Shown: positions 12,101 to 20,421, counted from the stretch's first letter. The stretch is 43,430 bases of DNA from Candidatus Eiseniibacteriota bacterium (GCA_043810925.1 JBDRNT010000062.1:1-43430), one strand, 5' to 3'. The notes: a model not told the origin generated them from the letters alone. A program made the numbers and translations.

Positions 12101-14042
12101 GCTGGGATTGGAGGACGAGGACGCAGCCAGGTTTGTGGACATCAATTCAGGATTACCGGTTCCTGTTGCCGGGACAGGTAATTTCCCGCTCAGGACGGCC
12201 ACTTGCAGGATCAACAATCCCTCGCAGAACCTCGCGGTGTCGTACCTTCCGACCCTGGGCGAGTTCTCCAATTACGGACAACCAGATGTGGATGTCATGA
12301 GCATCATACTCAGGCATCCAGGCAGGCAGGATGACTCACAGATTCAGTTCACGGGGATCTCGTTCCAGTTCTTCGACGATGAATACCGCAGGATACCGGT
12401 CACCGAGATATTCGACGAGATAAGATTGACGAGACAGCAGTCGGTGATCGGGGATCTCAATGACGTCGACTACGGCGACACCTCATTCACGGTCTGGCTG
12501 AGTGCCCCACCTGTCTTGAGCCCGGGTGAGGTCGATACCGTGAAACTCGCTGTCTCATTAAAAGCGGAATCCCCGCACTCCAGCTTCGGCGTTCTGGTGA
12601 AGGACAGTACACTCTTTGTCTTGCGTGATCTGAGCTCCGGCGCCCTGGTGAACGCGATCAGCGACACGTGGCTGCCGACGACGAGCGCCACTTTCCCGAT
12701 GAGGTCGGGTTTCAGCCGGCTCAAGTATCAGGCACTCGAACCTGAGGTTTGTGTTGTCTCGCCATTGCCACAGTCCGTCATCGCAGGCAGTGACTCCGTC
12801 GTTATTCTGGATGTGAACGTCTCGAATCCCGCTGGTTACAGCAATTCAGACGTCTGGCTTGGCAGCGTTCGACTGAGCGTGACCGATTCCATGGGCGTGC
12901 CGGTCGATCCGCACGCTCTCTTCGATCGAATAGGCGTAAGGCTCACCGATGGGCAGGTGACTTATGAATCCTCAATAGGCATGGAAGCCGGGTTTACGGT
13001 GTTCCACGCGGGCCCAGCAGGCGTGTCGATTGGTCCGGGTGAGTCAGCGTCGGTCGCCCTGATTGCAGACATCGAGCCGGATACGCCCTACGATCATATC
13101 AAGCTATGGATGTTTGCAGAAAACGGGCTTGAACTCCTGGACGCTACCGACCGGAACAGGAAGCTCGGGCTTGCCGAACCGGCCAGCTGCGCCGGGACTT
13201 TCCCGTTCGCCACAGGTGCTATCCACATCTACCTCCCTGCGGGCTCTCCCAGGGTGAAAGCGCAGAAGTTGCCCGCCCAGATCGGATTCCCCGGGCAGTC
13301 GGGTCTGACGGCACTCTTAGGCGAGCTTGTTTACAGCAGTGTGGGACCCGAGGCCGATCTGATCCTTAAGGGCTGGCGTGGGAAGACTCTGAAGCGGACC
13401 GCGAGCGGCCTGGTCCCTGTTCCCGCCCGAGAAGTCTTCAGTGCGGTACATCTGCTTCTCAACGACGAGGTGGTGGCCGTCGACACGGTACTCACCGGCG
13501 ATGGGATCCTGCTGGAACCTCAGGATGAGTACCTCATCTCCAGAGGCGAGGTCAAGACGATAAGATTAACTTGTGATATCACACCCAAAGCGCGCGCGGG
13601 GAACTTCGTGATCGGTTTCGATGACTCCTCGTTCGCGGAATTCATGGACCGCAGTCTGCTCACAACCATACACCCTGTGTTGGTGGGGGATGACTATCCG
13701 CTGCTCACGGCCGACGTCTCAATCACGGGGGCCAGCCTCGTCAATTCGTTCACCAACTGGCCGAATCCCTTCAACCCGAACTACGAAACGACGACGATAG
13801 GATACGTGCTGAAGGAGCAGGCGGATGTCGATATCGAGATATTCACACTGATGGGAGACCTGGTGAAGAGGGTGGCGATCGGGGCCCACAGGCCTGCCGG
13901 ATCGAATGATCGGGAATCATGGAACGGCACCAACGATCGCGGCAGCACTGTGATCCCCGGCACGTATATATGCCGGGTCACGGTAAGATACGTCTCCGGC
14001 GGAACTGAGGAGGCGAGGCGAATGATGGCGGTAGTGCGATGA
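3144..14042 (+). CDS. Giant secreted/surface protein: Trp-rich N-terminal domain, two right-handed beta-helix modules, nine Ig-like repeats (most Big_2/intimin-type), acidic repeat domains, FlgD/T9SS-like CTD
   Basis: 3632-aa ORF with signal-peptide-like N-terminus, YYxSPSGDDDNDG...GxAPDMGA twice, repeated TWxVxGGIGxIDxxGxFTA, and C-terminal FTNWPNPFNP...WNGTNDRG...GTY. Start uncertain (GTG 3144 or ATG 3165). Confidence 0.85.
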   Translation: MEVRVRTMRTGSMLIAIAVSICVPTLASGIPTGTALWRSGSSTVPLENPWNGSSFGTSDSTVAVGAFRIMAGAEAPTRDEKTLIGINSDGDVAMMIWNGTIWTAPPFSPMASVSESFWWGCDVAYMHQSGDAVVVWNNGSSGTDCISYRTGNSLAWSAEDTITVPLAGEPQHMHLAASPTSDEMVLVVSNESSQDYAIVWDGSTWGNAEVLDNSGAGDNRTDICVAYQQMNGHAMVVFGRGLPAIYYSVWNGSVWSSATNLAKPFDASGNARWTTLAADPRSDRIALGVLTPNQDVWLCVWDDSTWGTPQTATNSATGTGYPGVAVAFEGLSGEGVAVYGEGSQVQYRTWSEGAGWSGDLLAAVLGGSPNSMTLDAVPGSDRLMLSVQDGNSDLNYVHWDGGIWGAPDELEVNTGEVKNQPFLFLWDIDITDGTSYYVSPSGDDDNDGLTPGTAWISLDRGDQLAVLAPGDTVNVLPGTYHPGRRSWLTSSGNAASPVTYRKLGEGAAVFEMNWIAESVLLVDGDHVVIDGLETTESGHHGMYIRGDSCVVTNCYVHTNAWDGVNVEGDGNTIYRNAIANCGWGGIYNKSSGDKNLFFNNTVHSCTMEGLYMAPGVSEARILNNIVTSNDFGIVGEAGNVCGYNDVWNNASGNYGGGVSDSAGGISGDPLYADPAADDFGLLPGSPAINTGLDLGYPYKGPAPDMGALESTYSRSYYASPSGDDDNDGLSEAAPWLSIHNGDVKGILVPGDTVNVLPGIYTPTTSIYLTTDGTGAEPLTYRKYGSSSAVIDFGGGSKVAMIVEGDHVRLDSIEITNTTEQGVHVKADSCTVRGMYVHDIGKEGFRVEGHYNVFLRNIVAFSLEEGFKNEGSGEYNAYYNNTVYSNGKIGFDMKDNTSRVFNSIVALNEKGINGDGSNVCGFNNVWGNASGNYTGGVADSAGGISVEPGLIDPVSGDFGLANGSLEIDAGLDLGYPYKGAAPDMGAVEWDSPDSIAYIEVSPQTVSVDEGTSRQFNAYGYGVDSLFVEDLTDSVTWSMDDPSGSVTSGGLYTAGHDLSPPDYYVTATYAAMSDSGAVTVVTDGTLSYVLVELEDGTPFPDTTLTTDNDTTLLYCRGYDSGDNPIGDESVDWDVLGEDSIGTVSPAVGTSTTLTLSRPGTGQIEAVSSPAIKDTSGVITCMAGGPAELVVSPDSSTVSADSTLQFASVSYDADGNETSPQLTVTWEVIGGIGSIDGTGLFTATTAGTGDVAAAGSGLADTTGMVEVLPGEVDSLTITPNVAAISADSTQQFVAWGFDGDGNAVGPLGVLTWEVLGDIGTIDTTGLFTAVNAGTGFMKVCSDLGPCAETDTITVVPGAVLSIDVLPSSQVVVEGTSYQFTALAYDSDSNLVLDATEQAAWNTTDPLGSVTASGLYTAGEYPSPPLYHVWAQLSVPLGSLSYVRDSSEVTVITDGALEYVRIEHSDGSEFGDMSLTTDIDTTKLFCRGYDSSEGLIGDIAVDWYLIGEDSIGSVSAGPSAYTTLLLTKAGTGRVTAVYNDDLVDTTGLITCAVGAPAYLIIEPDTATLAAGTSLQFSTRTLDADGNPSSLITVDAWDVIGGIGSISNGGLFHATVAGIGQVACSGEGLEDTTGPIAILPGPLARMEVSPDSTEVTLGSRTGFESLGFDSYSNPANVGTLTWSVVGGIGTIDESGIFTATGVGSGRIAAASNIGGVTDTSSLVIVNPSNLDMIVVAPDTAMVGISDGLQFSARGFDADFDPIDFGLLTWEVLGGIGTIDTSGMFTATNAGIGRVAATSNIDGIADTTKMIVVEVPSVTGLPIGNMHVHAGQLGVPILAFRISNPFDSKETIQAVTIRDASAGSGNSAQIRSNMDTLALYVDSDESGGLSPSDVLLAGSEILSDDIELSFSPVTIGPGVDRTFIATANITRYPRDGDSLDMYLSPAADIETGSGRIVAGPETINSLGYCILDGLTAAQVGLVPTGTSTIAPLEGTAHVLTIEIPRNGYSDDVLEILSVLNAGTADTVDIDSLYLYMDTGNRSWDGPDNESKIGNLSFTGDHWEISGLSVALNEQTQMFFLGARLGADAQTGRSLSFGIPLHGIEMGSSNDGPIDEPVGPVETITIAAPEMISVRVLPIAGRELIHGEGTGPLVGIEFANGYPVPVGIDSITFVLEAQDPDGAPQDVLDAQLGSVELWLNRDPYISVRGPADSLIGSADLTDGAALLRVGSLLLPAGCVKEVFIESSLDPVNSKNGNIINFSVISENSIHFALPAQVTGGFPLINAEDFSINIFQAASVALHPVASTRLFGNQPDQLVLDFGLPRNGYDDDVLESLRIQNTGSTAGLDALSGARLWADPNDNGLSGDETLLGDFEYDEGTWLIDGLSYPLTDSGNRFLVTVDVESEGFEGGTVRFEIPVQGIQYHSGTDGPDDRPVGNPVGHLLFPANRITVIPIPQDATVTEPGATSIEVLTFALYNGYMDRAHVLETVRLSNRTRSVSTDEFADYELGQVSFHYDQDGNREFHQDSLLATGYFSDSELSLSGLNIVLAAESLAYFFVTADLPLDIIDSDTLDITIQETSDFTFAETVNINGNLPVSRGGELVVDGSVLRQYEVLDVALRTLSPGDQSIPVLAFRPAVNGDRIDTLFALTVTNAADAEGNDIESLWLYLDDNGDDTWQPVDQLLGQAEYDGSEWKFNALNLEVEGSPAALFLVADIADQATPNRVLQAVIPTGGCEYGSDNDGPRDAAITAAQAFIISSSGFRVTYHTPRSAYSVGQGVPIEVSVTNLMPVGLNDVSCGIVLRGQPSILRLDGSFVGPSEIESGETAVFSADYTAIEPGEIFWEVQAFSPALQESSAVVRTEPVTIQSAPASVDIDLISSIPTSVTKGQSRVFPMSIKCRHSDGSPLAAPMRLDSLRLRVLDENGDPQDADQVFSRMVLATGYTNLAILDQLPPDADVVLAFDQPAILSPGTEQILSLRVDIDSAATVDYYALGLEDEDAARFVDINSGLPVPVAGTGNFPLRTATCRINNPSQNLAVSYLPTLGEFSNYGQPDVDVMSIILRHPGRQDDSQIQFTGISFQFFDDEYRRIPVTEIFDEIRLTRQQSVIGDLNDVDYGDTSFTVWLSAPPVLSPGEVDTVKLAVSLKAESPHSSFGVLVKDSTLFVLRDLSSGALVNAISDTWLPTTSATFPMRSGFSRLKYQALEPEVCVVSPLPQSVIAGSDSVVILDVNVSNPAGYSNSDVWLGSVRLSVTDSMGVPVDPHALFDRIGVRLTDGQVTYESSIGMEAGFTVFHAGPAGVSIGPGESASVALIADIEPDTPYDHIKLWMFAENGLELLDATDRNRKLGLAEPASCAGTFPFATGAIHIYLPAGSPRVKAQKLPAQIGFPGQSGLTALLGELVYSSVGPEADLILKGWRGKTLKRTASGLVPVPAREVFSAVHLLLNDEVVAVDTVLTGDGILLEPQDEYLISRGEVKTIRLTCDITPKARAGNFVIGFDDSSFAEFMDRSLLTTIHPVLVGDDYPLLTADVSITGASLVNSFTNWPNPFNPNYETTTIGYVLKEQADVDIEIFTLMGDLVKRVAIGAHRPAGSNDRESWNGTNDRGSTVIPGTYICRVTVRYVSGGTEEARRMMAVVR

Positions 14043-16051
14043 CAAAGCCTCTGTTGATAGCTCTATGCATGACCCTGTCGGCCAGCCTGCCCTCCATTGC
14101 GGGTGATGCTGGAACTGAGTCTCCGTTCAGTTTTGGGGCAGGCGCCAGAGAGCTCGGCCTCGGAGGGTCCGTGATCAGCAGACCAGACCCGGCAACAGCG
14201 GTGTACTGGAACCCTTCGGCGCTGGCCGGACTCGAGCGCACGGCCTTCGAAGCCTTTCACAGCCGCCTCTATGCGTCAGGGTCCGTCTATCAGTATCTCG
14301 GGGGTTCGATGCCGACAATGGACATGGGGACTTTCGGGTTCGGGCTTTTCCGGCTGGGAACTGACGCAATAGAGAGACGAGATGAGAATAACCTGCTTCT
14401 CGGGCTCATAGAGGACAACCGCATTGCCATGTACTTCGGCTACGGCCGAACAGTATCAAGCTATGATCTGGGCATGGCTCTTTCATTCGAGCATCACTCG
14501 CTCGGTGACCTCAGCGCGACGTCCTCGCCGGGCCTGAACCTCTCAATACGGCGACAGTTCCAGATGCCGCAACTGCGCCTGCCGGAACTGTCCGTCAGTC
14601 TCTGTGGAAGAAACATAGTCAGACCTCATATCACGCTTTCAGGCGAAGCCGTTGACCTGCCTCCGTCGTTCGATATCGCTTTCTCGGCAGGGTTTGTTCC
14701 CATTCCGGAGTGGAATCACAACCTCACTCTCTCGACGGGCATCTCCAAGGTGGACATCCTGGATCCGAGGTTCCTGGTGGGTCTTGAATACGATGTTGAG
14801 GAATTCCTTCACATCCGCGGGGCTCTCAGGGATGGAGACCCTTCATTTGGAGCAGGCCTGAGCTACAGGCTCTTCAGCTTTGACTACGCCTATCTGGATC
14901 GAGATCTCGGTGGGATGCATATGTTCAGCGTCAGTGCCGGACTGGGCATGGCCATGAGCGAGAAGAGAGAGACTCGTGACATTCGGCGCGAGACCGAGTT
15001 TAACCAGCTGATCAACAAGGGGCTTGCCGACAGGAACCTCAAGATGGTTGCCGACATGCTAAACAGGGGCGAGAAGCTGATGGAGCAGGGCTCACTGTCT
15101 GAGGCCAGGACCACATTTGACAGGGCATTGTTCCTGGCGTCGGGAGGTGGCATGGACACTACGGATATGTATGACACGGCCCTGGGGACAAGTCTGCGCC
15201 TTGACGGGGAGATCCGAAAACGGGCCTTCGAGGCGCACATGGATTCCGCATGGGCAAAACTGAGTTCCGGGGATTACCTGGCCGCGAGATTCTTCGCAGT
15301 CCAGGCCGCAGGACAGATGCCCCACTCCACCACAGCCAGCGATCTTCTGGACCAGATAGACCTTAAGATGGCGGAGAGTGAAACAAACTACCTCCTCATC
15401 GAACGTCGGATTCAATTGGCGGACTCACTCACAAGCTATGGGAGATACGATGAGGCCCTGGCCGCAGCCAGAACGCTCAGAGGAGTATCGGATGATGCCC
15501 GCATCGCCAATTTGATTAAGAAGGCCGAATTCGGGATCTGGAGAGGCGTGGCGGAAGCAGCCTTCGCAGAGACTGAATACCGCTCGGCATACGCCGCGGT
15601 CGACTCCGCCCTCAGCCGTCTCCCGGATCATCCGTGGGGCGCGGCAATGAACGATCGGATTTCGCAAGAGACAAAACGCTCAAGAGTTACCGTCACCCAG
15701 GCGGAAGCGCAAACATCGCGAGCTCTGAGTGACGAGTTGCTCAAGGAGGTAGACCTTGCATACAAGAGTGGGCAGAAACTCTTCAGGCAAGGAAGTCTGT
15801 GGGATGCCGTTTCCAGCTGGGAACGCGTGGAAACTCTTGCACCGGGGTACAAATCGGTGCGCGAGTATCTGGTGGATGCCTACAAGTTTCTGGGGGTAGA
15901 GCTTTACACCCAGAACCGACTGGAAGAAGCAGTAGATGTCTGGAAGAAGGCGGAGAAGCTGAGCCCGGATAGTAGTGAGATCTCGGGATACATCAGAAGG
16001 ACCGAAGGGGAAATGTCAAGAATGCAGGAGATCTCTTATGAGTTCAAGTAA
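14039..16051 (+). CDS. PorV/PorQ-like (UPF0164-type) outer-membrane beta-barrel fused to a C-terminal TPR region
   Basis: Signal peptide; GAGARELGLGG...AVYWNPSAL motif; barrel end FDYAY...HMFSV; helical TPR-like tail; ATGA overlap with the upstream gene. Confidence 0.8.
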   Translation: MTKPLLIALCMTLSASLPSIAGDAGTESPFSFGAGARELGLGGSVISRPDPATAVYWNPSALAGLERTAFEAFHSRLYASGSVYQYLGGSMPTMDMGTFGFGLFRLGTDAIERRDENNLLLGLIEDNRIAMYFGYGRTVSSYDLGMALSFEHHSLGDLSATSSPGLNLSIRRQFQMPQLRLPELSVSLCGRNIVRPHITLSGEAVDLPPSFDIAFSAGFVPIPEWNHNLTLSTGISKVDILDPRFLVGLEYDVEEFLHIRGALRDGDPSFGAGLSYRLFSFDYAYLDRDLGGMHMFSVSAGLGMAMSEKRETRDIRRETEFNQLINKGLADRNLKMVADMLNRGEKLMEQGSLSEARTTFDRALFLASGGGMDTTDMYDTALGTSLRLDGEIRKRAFEAHMDSAWAKLSSGDYLAARFFAVQAAGQMPHSTTASDLLDQIDLKMAESETNYLLIERRIQLADSLTSYGRYDEALAAARTLRGVSDDARIANLIKKAEFGIWRGVAEAAFAETEYRSAYAAVDSALSRLPDHPWGAAMNDRISQETKRSRVTVTQAEAQTSRALSDELLKEVDLAYKSGQKLFRQGSLWDAVSSWERVETLAPGYKSVREYLVDAYKFLGVELYTQNRLEEAVDVWKKAEKLSPDSSEISGYIRRTEGEMSRMQEISYEFK

Positions 16052-17636
16052 GCAGGGTCTATTGGCAAGCGATTGGCCGGACCCTTCGAGCTTCAAACAG
16101 TCAATACGACTGCAGTTTACGGTTTACGTATGCGGGATGATACTGGTCCTGATGCTCGTGACCGGATACGTGATCTCGGACCGGTATGTCAAGACAGTGA
16201 CCTGGAACATGGTGGATAAGATTCTGGTCCAGGCACGGTCGTATTCGGTGCCCGCAGGTAAGATGATCATACTGGGCAATGAGCCCGATGTCCTGATGCT
16301 CAATAATGTCTGCAAGCGGATAGCCTCGGATAACCCCGACGTCTACTGGGCCGGCATAACCGGGACAGACGATGTCTTCCTGGCACACACCGACATAAGG
16401 CAGGTGGTCGCGTCCAAGAAGATGGGACACATAAATGCCACCGGATTTCACGACATGCTTAGGCCCGGAGAGGGCTTCAGTGTCGATGGCGATGCAGTGT
16501 TTACATCCGTCCCCATAACAGAGAATGAGGTACACCTCGGCCGGTTGGTGGTGGCTGCCTCCGCACGCCCGATAAGCGAGGCGAGACGAAGCTCGATACT
16601 GACCGTCGCATCGATAACGGCCGTGATGGTGATTGCGGGTATACCAGGAACAGTCTTCGTGCTCCGGCGCAAACTCCGGCCCATCAGTACGATCACCAAC
16701 CATCTCAAAAACATCGACTTCGAGAATATCTCTCTCGATATACCTTTCAGGAGCAAGAACGAATTCGGTTTCCTGGCAGAGACCCTTCGCGCGATGGGTT
16801 CGAAGCTGCAAATCGCGCACAGAGAGCTCATTGAAAAGGACAGAATGACCCGGGAACTCGAGATTGCCAGAGAGATCCAGGCGAGCATTCTCCCGAAAGG
16901 CTATCCTCACGGTCCGCGGTTTGACCTGGCTGGGGCCTATAGCAGCGCCAGGGAAGTCGGTGGAGACTACTATGACTTCATCGACATAGACTCGGACCAT
17001 CTTGGTATCCTGATAGCGGACGTCTCCGGCAAGTCGCTCCCGGGCATGCTCGTAATGCTGCTCACCCGCGATATCGTACGGCGGCTCGCCATATCGGCTA
17101 CCGAACCGGCTGAACTCCTTGCGGCTGTAAATGCCGAACTTTTCGCCGAGATCAAGAGGAACATGTTCGTGACAATGTTCTTTGGCATCCTCGACACGCG
17201 CTGTGGATGTTTCCGGTTCGCCTCGGCCGGGCATAACCCGCTGGTATTCGTAAGTGCTGAGAGAAGCGAGACGGAGCTCATCAAGACCAAGGGTTACCCT
17301 CTGGGAATGGTCGGTGGCGACTCGTACAGGACGAGAATCGAGAGCCGGGAGATCATGCTCTCCCAGGATGACTGGCTCATCCTCTACACGGACGGCATCA
17401 ATGAGGCGCAGAATGTTCGCGGTGAGGAGTTTGGAACATCTCGTTTTGTAGAGATCATCAACGCTCATAAGAGACTGGCAGCAGGACCTTTCATAGATGG
17501 TGTGGTGCGGGAGCACGCAGCTTTCGTGGGTGAGAATGAGCAGTTTGATGACATCACTCTGATAGCCGTCAAGTGGACAGCCAGGTGTGCCGATGAAGAA
17601 TCAGCGAGACTAAAGGAGACAGCCGATGCCACCTAA
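16038..17636 (+). CDS. Membrane-bound HAMP + SpoIIE/PP2C (RsbU-like) phosphatase
   Basis: Two TM segments, HAMP (NEFGFLA), ELEIAREIQ, VGGDYYDF, IADVSGK, ASAGH, LYTDG, DDIT. Start placed at ATG 16038 after CAGGAG, overlapping the upstream stop. Confidence 0.93.
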   Translation: MSSSKQGLLASDWPDPSSFKQSIRLQFTVYVCGMILVLMLVTGYVISDRYVKTVTWNMVDKILVQARSYSVPAGKMIILGNEPDVLMLNNVCKRIASDNPDVYWAGITGTDDVFLAHTDIRQVVASKKMGHINATGFHDMLRPGEGFSVDGDAVFTSVPITENEVHLGRLVVAASARPISEARRSSILTVASITAVMVIAGIPGTVFVLRRKLRPISTITNHLKNIDFENISLDIPFRSKNEFGFLAETLRAMGSKLQIAHRELIEKDRMTRELEIAREIQASILPKGYPHGPRFDLAGAYSSAREVGGDYYDFIDIDSDHLGILIADVSGKSLPGMLVMLLTRDIVRRLAISATEPAELLAAVNAELFAEIKRNMFVTMFFGILDTRCGCFRFASAGHNPLVFVSAERSETELIKTKGYPLGMVGGDSYRTRIESREIMLSQDDWLILYTDGINEAQNVRGEEFGTSRFVEIINAHKRLAAGPFIDGVVREHAAFVGENEQFDDITLIAVKWTARCADEESARLKETADAT

Positions 17637-18402
17637 AACGCAGATAGGCCGCAATATATTCATTCCGGCTGACTGTGACCAGATTGCCCTCGAGGGCTTC
17701 CTTGAAGAGCTAAGAACCCGACTGAAGGATGATCGGTCGGAGATCTCTGTTGACTGCTCCCTTCTGGAACACACCAGTTCGAGCCATATCATTGCGCTCT
17801 GGCAGGCTCTGACCAGATGCGAAGAAGCCGGGGTGCGCATGAGGTTATCATCGGTAGGATATGGACTCGAGCGTGTGCTTGAAGTCCTGGACCTCTACGA
17901 TCTCTTCGTGGTTGACCAGAAGAACCGCGAGCCTGAACCTACCAGTCAACACGCTGGCTTTGGGCCCACCCCACCTGGTGCCTTCAGCATGGAGTTCGAA
18001 GCCAGTATGGATGGGGTCGCGGATGCTCTTCTCGGATTCCATGAGTTCTTGAAGAAGATTGACGTGACAGAAGTTTGTGCATTCGACCTTGAGACCGTGT
18101 TCTACGAGGTAGCAACAAACATCTGCCGTCACGGGGGTCTTGAGCAGGGTAGCATCATATCATTCGCCGCCAGCTTGCTCGACCGTCATCTATGCCTGCG
18201 TTTCACTGACGCCGGGGCTCCCTTTGATCCTACAGGGAGTGTATCGGACTTCAACCCTCGCGAAGTCATCAGGAAGAAGCAGAGACACGGACTTGGCTTG
18301 ACTATGATTAGACGTTTGGTGGATTCGCTTTCATATGAGTGGATTGATGATGGATTGAATGTCGTTACTCTTCAAAAGCAGCTGACACTACAGCGGAGGT
18401 AA
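17626..18402 (+). CDS. STAS domain fused to an RsbW-like HATPase (anti-anti-sigma/anti-sigma kinase fusion)
   Basis: N-terminal VDCSLLEHTSSSHI...VLEVLDLYDLF (STAS); C-terminal EVATNICRH, DAGAPFDP, GLGLTMIRRLVD. Confidence 0.85.
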   Translation: MPPKTQIGRNIFIPADCDQIALEGFLEELRTRLKDDRSEISVDCSLLEHTSSSHIIALWQALTRCEEAGVRMRLSSVGYGLERVLEVLDLYDLFVVDQKNREPEPTSQHAGFGPTPPGAFSMEFEASMDGVADALLGFHEFLKKIDVTEVCAFDLETVFYEVATNICRHGGLEQGSIISFAASLLDRHLCLRFTDAGAPFDPTGSVSDFNPREVIRKKQRHGLGLTMIRRLVDSLSYEWIDDGLNVVTLQKQLTLQRR

Positions 18403-18406
18403 CATT

Positions 18407-18754
18407 GTGTTCGATCATAAGCGACTCGGCGAGAGTCTGGTCATGATACCGGTGGGTGATGTTCTCGATAACAGCAATGCCCACGAAATGACAGAGGCAA
18501 TCGACGCAGTGCAGGCCGCCGGTAACAAGTTTGTCGTCCTGGATATGAGCGGACTCTGTTTCATCTCTTCTGCGGGCGTCGGTTCGATTCTCGGAGCGAT
18601 CGGAACTTCCCGGGAGATGGGGGGAGACATAGTGCTGTGCAATGTCCCTGAGAAGATTAGCCACATACTTGAGGTCCTCGACCTGTCCGAATATATCACG
18701 ATTACTCCAGACTTGAGTGCCGCTACTGACCTGTGCAAGATAGAGGTCAAATAA
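18407..18754 (+). CDS. STAS anti-sigma-factor antagonist (RsbV/SpoIIAA-like)
   Basis: GDVLD...VLDMSGLCFISSAGVG motif with phosphoacceptor Ser; GGAGG RBS before GTG. Confidence 0.9.
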   Translation: MFDHKRLGESLVMIPVGDVLDNSNAHEMTEAIDAVQAAGNKFVVLDMSGLCFISSAGVGSILGAIGTSREMGGDIVLCNVPEKISHILEVLDLSEYITITPDLSAATDLCKIEVK

Positions 18755-20421
18755 TGTCCAACGGTACGGGCACAAGGGCGTCGACGAGGCAGGCGGACAT
18801 GCCGGCATGCATGCCTGTGGAAAAGCAGGTCCTTGCTCTGGACGCACTTTCCAAGCTCACCCGGGAGTTCTGCGATAGACCTGATTTTGAGCGTCTGATG
18901 GACGTTCTGATGATGACCCTCTGTGGCCAGTTTTCAGTCGCCGATTCGTTTGCGCTCCTTACGCCACCGCGCTCGCACGGTGTGACTCGGACTCTCTTTG
19001 CTACAGGCAGGTTCAAACGTGATGCTGTGCTGGCATCGGTGCAGTTGACCTCAGGCGATTGGCCCAACACTTTGTCAAGCACGCGGGTCCACAGAATTGA
19101 TGAGTGCCCCTCGTACGCTGACTCCGGAGACTTGATTCCTCGCATGGCCGGTGCCGGCGCGACCCTGTTATGCCAGCTTAAACACAATAACAAGTTTTTC
19201 GGCATAATCGGCTTGAGCGACCGGGTTACCGGCACACCCTATACCCCTCAGGAGATTGAGCTCCTCGACACCATCATCAGCACCATAACTCCGCTGGTCG
19301 CTAACTCATACCTCTTCTGGGACATTGCAAACCTCAATGCATGGTACCTGGACATACTTAATAGTGTGAAACACGGTGTTTTCGTTTTCGACTCCGATTT
19401 CCACTTGAAAAAGGTGAACTCCTCAGGCCTGGACATTCTCCGGACGTTTAGCTCTGATGAGATCGGACCAGCGGATTTTGAGGATGCCCCGATGGCAGAC
19501 GTGTTCCCGGACACAGCCTTCGAGGGTTGGGCAGAACAGTTCACCACTGCGAGCGCCTGCAAGCAGGCGGCGACGATAGGCAACATCGTGGCCAGAGGTA
19601 AAGATGATGAGCGTATTTACAGTGTCAGTATCACGTCAAGCGTGGAGAGAGCCGAAATAGGGGCCGCCTTGATTATTACTCTGGATGATGTGACGAAACA
19701 GAGAAAGAGTGAACAGAGACTGTTCGATCTTCAGAAGCTTGCTGACAAAGGACTGATGGCCGCCTCGATCGCCCATGAGCTCAACAACTTTCTTGCACTG
19801 ATCCTCGGTGGCATCGAGATCATCGGGTTCGCGATTACAGGCAACAGGATGGAGAAGGCTCACGAGTCAATAGCGAAGTTGAAGGAGAATGTCGCCAAAA
19901 TGGAACGCTTCACTAATGGTCTAATGGACCTGTCCAGGCCCAAGTCAGTCAAGAAACTCTCCAGCCTGACGCCTGTCATTGGAGATGTTCTATCCTTCTT
20001 GTCGGTACAGAAGAGGTTCAAGAACGTGACGATCACTCCAGTTCTCGAACCTACGTTGCCCGACCTCGAGTTAGATAAAGACCAGATGGCTCAGCTTCTT
20101 ATGAATCTCCTGAACAATGCCGCTGATGCAATCAAAGAGAGCGGGTGCAACCGCGGAAAAATAACCATAAGGACCGGATATGATGACCAGTGCGCCTGGT
20201 TGTCTGTCTCCGATAGCGGTGCTGGAATCAAGGAGGAGGTAAAGGAGAGGCTGTTCGCATCCCGTATTACCACGAAGGAGACTGGCCACGGTCATGGTCT
20301 TATGACATGCGCCAAGATCGTCGAGGACCACGACGGCAGCATTACAGTGGATTCAGTGCTCGGCAAAGGTACCGCTTTCAAGATCCAATTTCCTCTCCCC
20401 CCACATAGATCATCCTCATAG
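18754..20421 (+). CDS. Cytoplasmic sensor histidine kinase (GAF-like, PAS-like, HisKA, HATPase)
   Basis: H box IAHELNN, N box NLLNNAADA, DSGAG, GHGHGL, GKGT; no TM segments; TAATG coupling gives start 18754. Confidence 0.9.
   Translation: MSNGTGTRASTRQADMPACMPVEKQVLALDALSKLTREFCDRPDFERLMDVLMMTLCGQFSVADSFALLTPPRSHGVTRTLFATGRFKRDAVLASVQLTSGDWPNTLSSTRVHRIDECPSYADSGDLIPRMAGAGATLLCQLKHNNKFFGIIGLSDRVTGTPYTPQEIELLDTIISTITPLVANSYLFWDIANLNAWYLDILNSVKHGVFVFDSDFHLKKVNSSGLDILRTFSSDEIGPADFEDAPMADVFPDTAFEGWAEQFTTASACKQAATIGNIVARGKDDERIYSVSITSSVERAEIGAALIITLDDVTKQRKSEQRLFDLQKLADKGLMAASIAHELNNFLALILGGIEIIGFAITGNRMEKAHESIAKLKENVAKMERFTNGLMDLSRPKSVKKLSSLTPVIGDVLSFLSVQKRFKNVTITPVLEPTLPDLELDKDQMAQLLMNLLNNAADAIKESGCNRGKITIRTGYDDQCAWLSVSDSGAGIKEEVKERLFASRITTKETGHGHGLMTCAKIVEDHDGSITVDSVLGKGTAFKIQFPLPPHRSSS

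Noticed and set aside
16101-17516. 471-aa antisense ORF and other shadow ORFs
   Set aside because: They lie opposite or within well-supported genes, have no motifs, and are expected in GC-rich DNA.
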